A DNA stretch of 8,206 nucleotides from Octopus sinensis. Lineage: Eukaryota. Shown in pieces: positions 1 through 7,620 of this stretch. A program made the position numbers and the translations under genes. The notes under the pieces are model-generated. The model did not search any database. It was not told the DNA's origin and was given only the letters and a program-made list of their open reading frames with translations. Where the stretch lies: NCBI RefSeq assembly GCF_006345805.1, contig NW_021829075.1, positions 1-8,206 of the forward strand, given 5' to 3'. Numbering within the stretch: position 1 is the stretch's first letter; each line of letters begins with the position of its first letter.

Positions 1-71
1 ACACACTGTTTGTCATACAATTTGAATATAAATCCAATTATATAATTATACACAAACGTATATGTATATGT

Positions 72-365
72 GGAGGCGTAATGGCCCAGTGGTTAGGTTG
101 GAGGATCGCGGTTTTGATTCCTGGACCGGGCGTTGTGTGTGTTTATTGAGCGAAAACATCTAAAAGCTCCACGAGGCCCCGGCAGGGAGTGGTGGTGACC
201 CCTGTTGTACTCTTTCGCCACAACTTTCTCTCACTCTCTCTTCCTGTTTCTTGAGTAACGCTGCGATGGACTCGCGTACCGTCCAGCTGGAGGGGGGGAA
301 CACATACGCCACAGAAACCGGGAAACTGGGCCCATGAGCTTGGCTAGGCTTGAAAAGGGCGACGT
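72..365 (+). mobile_element. tRNA-derived SINE (family A), near full length, with shortened tRNA head
   Basis: A-box TGGCCCAGTGG at 82-92 and B-box-like GGTTTTGATTCC at 110-121. The GC-rich body lies in AT-rich/microsatellite flanks, and its 3' part carries TAACGCTGCGATGGACTCGCGTACCGTCCAG (256-286). Resembles an abundant octopus SINE from memory; ends are approximate. Confidence 0.8.
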
Positions 366-674
366 TTATCGTTGTATATGTATATATATGTATGTGCATC
401 TGAGTAGTTGAATGAATTATCTTATTATGGATAATTCGGTTAACCGGTACCTGGGTAGCAAATTCACGTCAGAATTTATTTCATTTATTTATATGTATGT
501 GCATGTATGTATACATATACATATAGATACATGCATATGCTAAGTCGATTTTGTTTTTGTTTCATCATCCCTTGGTGTACCTCTTCCAGTCTACTAAAGG
601 TTCTCTAAGGCTTTTGTAATACTGCTGTATTATGATAGCATAGGCTTGTATGTAATTCTTGTATACATATATAT

Positions 675-675
<1 letters not shown>

Positions 676-712
<37 letters not shown>
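676..712. repeat. (CA)n microsatellite
   Basis: Near-perfect CA run seen directly. Confidence 0.95.
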
Positions 713-715
<3 letters not shown>

Positions 716-757
716 GAGAATAAAGGTAGAATGAGAGAAAGGAGGAGATAGCGAAGA

Positions 758-959
758 ACTCTTTACTCTTTTACTTGTTTCAGGCAGTTGACTGCTGCCA
801 TGCTGGAGCACCGCCTTTAATCGAGCAACTCGACCCCGGGACTTATTCTTTTGTAAGCCCAGTACTTATTCTATCGGTCTCTTTTGCCGAACCGCTAAGT
901 AACGGGGACATAAACACACTAGCATCGGTTGTCAAGCAGACACACAAACACACACACGC

Positions 960-960
<1 letters not shown>
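758..960 (-). mobile_element. 3' half of SINE family B (tail plus internal CA microsatellite)
   Basis: Aligns closely by eye to 7621-7790 (ACTCTTTACTCTTTTACTTGTTTCAG...GCATCGG). The minus-strand end is a short tandem tail (AAGAGTA-like), typical of LINE-derived SINE 3' ends. Confidence 0.85.
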
Positions 961-985
<25 letters not shown>

Positions 986-992
<7 letters not shown>

Positions 993-1240
993 TATCGAGA
1001 CAAAACCACTATTTTGCAAAACAAACAAGGAAATACTTAATTAATACATAAAATTTTAATAAATAGTCAAAAAAAACCGCCACTACAATCGTTTCTTGTC
1101 TTGATCGACATCTTCAGGTGGACTTCCAATCTAAAAAATCAATATTTTAAAATATAAAAATAATAATTTTAAAATATTAAAGTATGAATGAAAAAATATA
1201 AGTATATAATCCATATATAACCTATCTATAATCCATATAT
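986..1240 (-). mobile_element. AT-rich HHR-bearing insert (putative non-autonomous Penelope-like/retrozyme fragment) nested in SINE B, copy 1
   Basis: A ~250-bp segment separates the two SINE B halves, which at 7621-8014 are joined only by a microsatellite. It contains an HHR motif and its minus-strand 3' end abuts (TA)n. Confidence 0.6.
1080..1121 (-). ncRNA. Minimal type I hammerhead ribozyme motif, variant with 1-nt deletion in stem II
   Basis: Minus strand reads CCAC-CUGAAGA-UGUC-GAUCAA-GACAA-GAAA-C-GAUU-GUA-GUGG. Core and stem I are intact, but stem II is one U short relative to 2550-2592. Confidence 0.55.
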
Positions 1241-1402
1241 ACGACGGGCTTCTTTCAGTTCCGTCTACCAAATCCACTCACAAGACTTTGGTCGGCCCGA
1301 GGATATAGTAGAAGACACTTGCCCAAGGTGCCACGCAGTGGGACTGAACCGGAACCATGTGGTTGGTAAACAAGTACTTACCACACAGCCCACTCCTGCG
1401 CT
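1241..1402 (-). mobile_element. 5' half (tRNA head plus CORE-like box) of SINE family B, copy 1
   Basis: Minus strand has A-box-like TGGGCTGTGTGG, a B-box-like GGTTCAGTCCC and CCTTGGGCAAGTGTCTT (CORE-like). Homologous to 7856-8014. Confidence 0.88.
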
Positions 1403-1438
1403 GAACTGGGGAATTAAGTGAAAGAACTTGTTGATAAA

Positions 1439-1765
1439 GATGATGTTGATGAGGATAATGACGATGATGATGATGATGATGGCAGTGACACAAGCGGAAG
1501 GTAAGAGAGACAGGGTGAGATAGATAGATAGATAAATAGATAGACAGATAAAGAGAGAAAAGGAGAGAGAGGTGGTGGTGGTGGGGGGTTAGTGTTTGAA
1601 ATGAAAGGGAAACAGGTGACAGTTAGATGGTAACTAGTTTTGTACGTGTCTTCTGTAACTTACTGATGGGTGTCAATGTGTGTGTGTGTGTATGTGTGCA
1701 TATATAGGTGCATAGGTGTGTGTGTGTGCGTATATAGTGTGTGTGTGTATGTGCATGTATGTATA

Positions 1766-1796
<31 letters not shown>

Positions 1797-1800
1797 GTGC
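1439..1800. repeat. Compound microsatellite cluster (GAT)n, (GATA)n, (GA)n, (GGT)n, (GT)n; duplicated at ~2915-3276
   Basis: Seen directly. Confidence 0.9.
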
Positions 1801-1891
1801 TAATGTGTGAGCACGTTAGTCCTGTTTTTAAACAACTGGATAGAGTATGGAATTATGCTACATACATATCAATGTAGGACGCTGTTTTACA

Positions 1892-1945
<54 letters not shown>

Positions 1946-1946
1946 G

Positions 1947-1975
<29 letters not shown>
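1892..1975. repeat. (ACT)n microsatellite with one GCT interruption; second copy at 3367-3452
   Basis: Seen directly; source of the poly-T/Y/V ORFs. Confidence 0.95.
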
Positions 1976-1977
<2 letters not shown>

Positions 1978-2453
1978 ATTAATACGGCTACTAACATTAC
2001 GAGCTCCACGACAACCTACTCTACTACCACAATACCACTTCAGGCACACTAGCACTCCTACACCAGCAGCACCACCACCACCGGCCCCACCGGCTCCACC
2101 GGTGCCACCTCTACTATCCGCTGTGAGTGAAATAGCCAACTTGGTTTTTTTTATTATGTTCGTTCGTTCGGTTATAATTAAATGACTGTGAAGGCTCTTA
2201 TGCAATATACACAACATAATGGGCATGACTATATCATTGTTCTCATCAATGTCTACATATATGTTTGATTTATCACCTGGAAGTTGTTGAAACAATTGTA
2301 AACCATGGAACAAAAGTAATATCAGCTGTTTCATTCTTCACTTATTACATACATGAAATATATATGTATATACATTAAATGTATACATAGTGTTTATGCA
2401 TGTTCGTTCAATGCATATGCATATAAATTCATATATATATATATATTATATAT

Positions 2454-2712
2454 AAAATATTATTCGAGACAAAACCACTATTTTGCAAAACACAAACAAG
2501 GAAATACTTAATTAATACATAAAATTTTAATAAATAGTCAAAAAAACCGCCACTACAATCGTTTCTTGTCTTGATCGACAATCTTCAGGTGGACTTCCAA
2601 TCTAAAAAATCAATATTTTAAAATATAAAAATAATAATTTTAAAATAATTAAAGTATGAATGAAAAAATATAAGTATATAATCCATATATAACCTATCTA
2701 TAATCCATATAT
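2454..2712 (-). mobile_element. AT-rich HHR-bearing insert, copy 2
   Basis: Duplicate of 986-1240 with an intact HHR; the minus-strand 3' end abuts (TA)n at 2431-2453. Confidence 0.6.
2550..2592 (-). ncRNA. Minimal type I hammerhead ribozyme
   Basis: Minus strand: stem I CCAC(2592-2589)/GUGG(2553-2550); core CUGAAGA; stem II UUGUC/GACAA with loop GAUCAA; GAAA; stem III region ACGAUUGU, which is self-complementary with two G-U pairs; GUA cleavage triplet, cut predicted between 2554 and 2553. Confidence 0.75.
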
Positions 2713-2878
2713 ACGACGGGCTTCTTTCAGTTTCCGTCTACCAAATCCACTCACAAGACTTTGGTCGGCCCGAGGATATAGTAGAAGACACTTGCCCAAG
2801 GTGCCACGCAGTGGGACTGAACCCGGAACCATGTGGTTGGTAAACAAGTTACTTACCACACAGCCCACTCCTGCGCCT
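2713..2878 (-). mobile_element. Orphan 5' half of SINE family B, copy 2
   Basis: Duplicate of 1241-1402 sharing the same private variants (AAGACTTTGG, GAGGATATAG, GTAAACAAG); no SINE tail follows it in this unit. Confidence 0.88.
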
Positions 2879-3239
2879 GAACTGGGGAATTAAGTGAAAG
2901 AACTTGTTGATAAAGATGATGTTGATGAGGATAATGACGATGATGATGATGATGATGGCAGTGACACAAGCGGAAGGTAAGAGAGACAGGGTGAGATAGA
3001 TAGATAGATAAATAGATAGACAGATAAAGAGAGAAAAGGAGAGAGAGGTGGTGGTGGTGGGGGGTTAGTGTTTGAAATGAAAGGGAAACAGGTGACAGTT
3101 AGATGGTAACTAGTTTTGTACGTGTCTTCTGTAACTTACTGATGGGTGTCAATGTGTGTGTGTGTGTATGTGTGCATATATAGGTGCATAGGTGTGTGTG
3201 TGTGCGTATATAGTGTGTGTGTATGTGCATGTATGTATA

Positions 3240-3275
<36 letters not shown>

Positions 3276-3420
3276 CTAATGTGTGAGCACGTTAGTCCTG
3301 TTTTTAAACAACTGGATAGAGTATGGAATTATGCTACATACATATCAATGTAGGACGCTGTTTTACACTACTACTACTACTACTACTACTACTACACTAC
3401 TACTACTACTACTACTACTG

Positions 3421-3454
<34 letters not shown>

Positions 3455-3983
3455 ATTAATACGGCTACTAACATTACGAGCTCCACGACAACCTACTCTA
3501 CTACCACAATACCACTTCAGGCACACTAGCACTCCTACACCAGCAGCACCACCACCACCGGCCCCACCGGCTCCACCGGTGCCACCTCTACTATCCGCTG
3601 TGAGTGAAATAGCCAACTTGGTTTTTTTTATTATGTCGTTCGTTCGGTTATAATTAAATGACTGTGAAGGCTCTTATGCAATATACACACATAATGGGCA
3701 TGACTATATCATTGTTCTCATCAATGTCTACATATATGTTTGATTTATCACCTGGAAGTTGTTGAAACAATTGTAAACCATGGAACAAAAGTAATATCAG
3801 CTGTTTCATTCTTCACTTATTACATACATGAAATATATATGTATATACATTAAATGTATACATAGTGTTTATGCATGTTCGTTCAATGCATATGCATATA
3901 AATTCATATATATATATATATATATATATATTCAAGCGCATATATATACATAGAAACACACACGCACATACACACACTCGTAC

Positions 3984-4244
3984 ACATATTAGCCAATGAA
4001 ATTCCAACCTGGTCTGACATTTAGATCTTATTTTTGTATTTTATTACAATTATACAGGTTGACTGTCAAATATGAGGCACAGCTGTGAAGTACTTTCATG
4101 CTTTCCACAATCTTCAGATTTATGTAGTTACAGTAGTAATCGACAGCTGAGCTTCACAAATGACAGTCGGTTGTAAAATTGTAGCAAAATACATGAGTAA
4201 AACTTGAATATCAGACTGTGTTGGAATTTCATTGACTAATATGT
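3984..4244. mobile_element. Foldback / MITE-like element with ~100-bp imperfect inverted arms
   Basis: 3986-4086 vs the reverse complement of 4143-4242 gives about 77 of 101 matches by manual alignment (e.g. ATATTAGCCAATGAAATTCCAAC vs ATATTAGTCAATGAAATTCCAAC); 56-bp spacer. The inverted repeat is certain; MITE identity is inferred. Confidence 0.65.
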
Positions 4245-5770
4245 CTATCTGTACACAATCATACAAACTCTGATATATATATATATACACGCACACACAC
4301 ACATGTATATGCATATATAAGAATGCCTTTACTGTGATAATGAGTAATTTGAGAATGTAATTTACGGTCTTTCTATGTCTTCGATGAGTAGAAAAAAATG
4401 GTTGAGTTCTCTGACAGACCGTTTCAGAGTTCGTTGATTGTTCCTCAGAGAAGTCGTGCTCAATCATTTGATTGTATAGATTATATAACATCTGTCGCTA
4501 TATTTTGCAGGAAAGTGAGGGCGTCTTTTCGGAGGAGCTGTGAAATGATCGGTCAGGTGATTAACCGCTCTTTTGTTCTCTGCATATCGAAACCAGAGAA
4601 GGAATTTATTTTCACTATTATAAATTTTAATCGTAGCTAAAGGTATTTTTATATATAAATTTATTTCAATACTTATTCAATCTTGTGCATAATAAGCGTG
4701 TATGTTTGTGTGGTTGTGTGGTTGGTGCAGTGTGTGTGTGTGCGTGTGTTTGTGCAGATATGCTGTAGGCTTACTTTAATTAAATTATTTCGGTACAAGT
4801 TGATTACTTTTATATATACGCAGTGCAACATACAATTGTAGAGCTTCGAGTGCATCCGAAGATAATCAGAGGTTAAACCGATCGTACTGAGAAAAAATAA
4901 ATACACACGCACACACACACATGCACACATTCATATAAACATAGACATGCACACAAGCCCACACACTTGCAAATACACACACACACATTTTATTCTAGAC
5001 CTTAACTAAAAGCTGCTTGAACAGGTAAACAGACCACGTAGTAGGACAAAAATAAATTGACATTACCATGAAAAATATAACAGACCCAACAAACAAAAAA
5101 CACACACAAATTAAAATTCTAGAATACTACACGAATCAAATACACCTTAGTAATAGAACAACTGAATGTATCATTCAAAAAGACCCTCATGGAGTATAGC
5201 ACACCTTGTAAGGGCACCGACGCATGATCTGGCCGTCTCAGTATATTACAAATACAGTTGAGTTAAAGCACCTTTTACCAATGGGGAAGATATAGAAGAC
5301 GACCAGTAGAGTACAGAAGTTTCAAAGTAAACCTGATAGTTGTAAACGGAATGACCAAAACTGCAACATCTGGCATACATGTACGACACTTTATGGACTT
5401 TATTGTGATGATTTTACCAGTTATATCATCATTCCAATGATCCTTTGATTTCTACTACAAAACACGTCAACACTGCATTGTCATCAGTTCTCATTTGCTT
5501 TGTTGGGATCGAGAAAGCCCTGAAATTTTTATGCATTTAGTAACGTAATCGTTCCACGTTAAACATAGCCAACTCATTACGAAGATATGAGAAAAAGAGA
5601 TCGTTACTATGCTACTCAAATCAGTATAGCATATCAGTGTGTATATGCACGTTTGTCTGTTCTTGTATCCTGTATCAAGTATCGGTTGGGCAAGCAGGTA
5701 TCGATAAAATGGACACTAGAACAAAATACGTGGCGGGGTTGATATCCCAAGATGTTTGGAAGCCGGTAAC

Positions 5771-5960
5771 ACAAAATGGAGACCAACAGTACCACAGTTT
5801 GCATACCCATGGTACCTCGGAATGAACAACTCTACCCACAGTACCAAAGTACGAACACAGAACGTACCTTAGAATGGAAACAAACCATACCTTAGTATGG
5901 ACACAAATAGTACCTTATTAGGGACATAGATGGTACATCAGTATGCATACAGACCAATGT
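5771..5960. repeat. Degenerate 23-bp minisatellite (~8 units)
   Basis: Units mostly ending in GTACC: 5771-5793, 5794-5816, 5817-5845 (29 bp), 5846-5868, 5869-5891 (ends ATACC), 5892-5914, 5915-5937 (ends GTACA), partial 5938-5960. Rough consensus TTAGTATGGACACAAAYRGTACC. Confidence 0.75.
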
Positions 5961-6299
5961 TTCCAAACAATGGTAGATATAAAGTCAAAGACTACATATT
6001 CTTTGGCAAGGTACACATCCCACAACAGAAAACGTTGTCAGAGAAATGCAGAGATGGGCGGTATTTCTCTGTGAGGATGTAATAATTATGACAAAAATCT
6101 ATATACATAGGGCGTTGTATTGAACCGTATACACTACGGAAGGCGAATCATAAATACTGAGTCATGAGAGTAGAGAATATATACACAAATGTCTTACAAA
6201 ATCTAATGTAGGGAGAATTGCTTATGAGAAATAGCAAAAAATATTTAGTAAATACGATGTATATGCGTATATATATTTACTTAAATATAATGTAAGTGT

Positions 6300-6363
6300 A
6301 TATAAATAAATATATACACGTATATATATATGTACATATATATATATATATATATATATGTGT

Positions 6364-6397
<34 letters not shown>

Positions 6398-6491
6398 TGT
6401 ATATGTATGTATATATATCTATATATATATATAGATAGTTAGATAGATAGATATATACATATACACACATACACAAAAACAAGCACGTGAG

Positions 6492-6529
<38 letters not shown>
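6300..6529. repeat. Compound (TA)n/(GT)n/(GATA)n microsatellite cluster
   Basis: Seen directly. Confidence 0.9.
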
Positions 6530-6533
<4 letters not shown>

Positions 6534-6534
6534 T

Positions 6535-6710
6535 GCGTAGCCAGCTGGTTAGGGCGTTGCATTCACAATCACGAGATCGTGGTTTCAATTCCCAGGTCGG
6601 TGGTGCGGTCTATTCTTGAGCAAAACGCTTCACTTCCCGCTGCACCAGTCCACTCTCCTGTTGATAGCTAACCCTACGCCGGACTCACGTTCCATCCAAG
6701 AAGCGGGATG
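6535..6710 (+). mobile_element. Degenerate tRNA-derived SINE (family C) with CORE-like and V-like boxes
   Basis: A-box-like TAGCCAGCTGG at 6538-6548, B-box-like GGTTTCAATTCC at 6581-6592, TTCTTGAGCAAAACGCTTCACT at 6613-6634; 6669-6699 matches 256-286 at 23 of 31 positions ungapped. Confidence 0.7.
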
Positions 6711-6743
6711 TTAGGTCTGCCAGCCCGATCGCCCCGCCTGTGT

Positions 6744-6929
6744 ACCGTTGGCGATTTTTTTCCTCCGTCTTCCCTTCTCTGGATCTTTCATTTTCCTATG
6801 TTTCTGACGAAGGGCTCTGCTCGAAACGTAAAACCCTCCTTTTTCCCTTCCTTCCTGAGCATCCAATAATACTATTTTTGTTCCACGTCCTCGCGTTGTG
6901 TTTTCTCTTGGTGTTTTCATGGTGGATTA

Positions 6930-6931
<2 letters not shown>
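6744..6931 (+). mobile_element. HHR-bearing, pyrimidine-rich element end (putative Penelope-like pLTR/retrozyme fragment) abutting (TA)n
   Basis: Contains the HHR at 6800-6834 and ends at GGATTAAC (6931) directly before the TA tract. The 5' boundary is approximate. Resembles a common octopus repeat from memory. Confidence 0.65.
6800..6834 (+). ncRNA. Minimal type I hammerhead ribozyme
   Basis: Stem I GUUU(6800-6803)/AAAC(6831-6834); core CUGACGA (6804-6810); extra A6811; stem II GGGC/GCUC with loop UCU; GAAA (6823-6826); palindromic ACGU in place of stem III; GUA triplet, cut predicted after 6830. Confidence 0.85.

Positions 6932-6936
<5 letters not shown>

Positions 6937-7014
<78 letters not shown>
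6937..7014. repeat. (TA)39 microsatellite
   Basis: Perfect TA run seen directly. Confidence 0.97.
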
Positions 7015-7018
<4 letters not shown>

Positions 7019-7260
7019 CAAAATAATAACCTGCATATTACACACATATGCATATACACACATATATACATATCTATATTTTTATGACAAATATGAAGTC
7101 CATATTCCATTCAATTCATTAATTGATTACTGTATCTTACTATTTAATATATCTTAACAAGCTCCCTAATCAGACCCAGGTGGAAAGAAGCAACCCCTCT
7201 AACACACAACAGGTGCGAAGAGATACCATATTAAAATAAAAATTTGATAAACAAGGAAAG

Positions 7261-7288
7261 ACTTGCAAATAAAAACTTGCAAATAAAA
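7261..7288. repeat. 14-bp direct tandem duplication (ACTTGCAAATAAAA x2)
   Basis: Seen directly. Confidence 0.9.
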
Positions 7289-7620
7289 ATGCATGTATAG
7301 AAATAAAAAAACAGGTGCCTAAACGTATTCCAAATAAATAAACGGGTGGTAAAATATAAAGAAATAGATATAAATGCAACAGAGAGATATTGAAAGAAAA
7401 CGGGTAGCTGACAATGATGGAATCGACAGAGTTGGTAAACAGTCAGTGGAAACTATTTCCTTGCAATTATTGATGTATAACTATGAATGTTTATCGCTGC
7501 GTCAATACGTTTCCATAGTTGTGCGTGTGAGTACGTGTGTGTGTATATATATAATATATATATAAATATATAATATATATACAAATATATAATATATATA
7601 TATAAATATATAATATATAT

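Larger units (their letters stand above)
986..2430. repeat. Tandem duplication unit, copy 1 (~1.47-kb period)
   Basis: Base-by-base match to 2454-3905; the differences I found are small indels. Flanked by (TA)n at 961-986 and 2431-2453. Confidence 0.97.
2454..3905. repeat. Tandem duplication unit, copy 2
   Basis: Matches 986-2430; followed by (AT)n at 3906-3930. Confidence 0.97.

Noticed and set aside
160-1028. ORFs at 160-399, 605-811, 775-987 and 843-1028, and the paralogous ORF at 7453-7851
   Set aside because: Read-throughs of SINE bodies and microsatellites.
1807-2334. ORFs with poly-T/Y/V and a Pro-rich stretch (APPPPAPPAPPVPP), plus a donor-like GTGAGT at 2123-2128
   Set aside because: Derived from (ACT)n decaying into CCA/ACC cryptic repeats. 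The frames differ between the two duplicate copies and there is no good upstream acceptor.
4087-4121. HHR-core-like CTGAAGA...GAAA-GTACT-T on the minus strand in the foldback loop
   Set aside because: Stem I cannot form (AAAU vs CACA) and the first stem II pair is U-U. At most a decayed relic; probably chance.
4120-4491. 123-aa minus-strand ORF
   Set aside because: Runs through a GT/AT microsatellite and the foldback arm; no recognisable domain.
5278-5331. Possible minus-strand micro-exon (ATCAG|GTTTAC...CATTG|GTAAAA)
   Set aside because: Splice signals are weak and the peptide is unrecognisable; expected by chance at this scale.
4415-5495. Other CTGANGA cores on the minus strand (4448-4442 and 5487-5481)
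   Set aside because: No stem II adjacent to GAAA and no stem I.
5771-5960. CRISPR-like or reflectin-like reading of the 23-bp array
   Set aside because: There are no unique spacers between conserved repeats and the context is eukaryotic. The 23-bp period breaks the reading frame and all frames checked stop.
6535-6600. Possible tRNA genes at the SINE heads (also 72-121, 1340-1402, 7950-8014)
   Set aside because: No complete cloverleaf or acceptor stem; each continues into a SINE body.
7250-7330. 15-of-16 match (AAACAAGGAAAGACTT) to the HHR insert at 1023-1038
   Set aside because: Too short in very A-rich sequence, and no ribozyme core follows.
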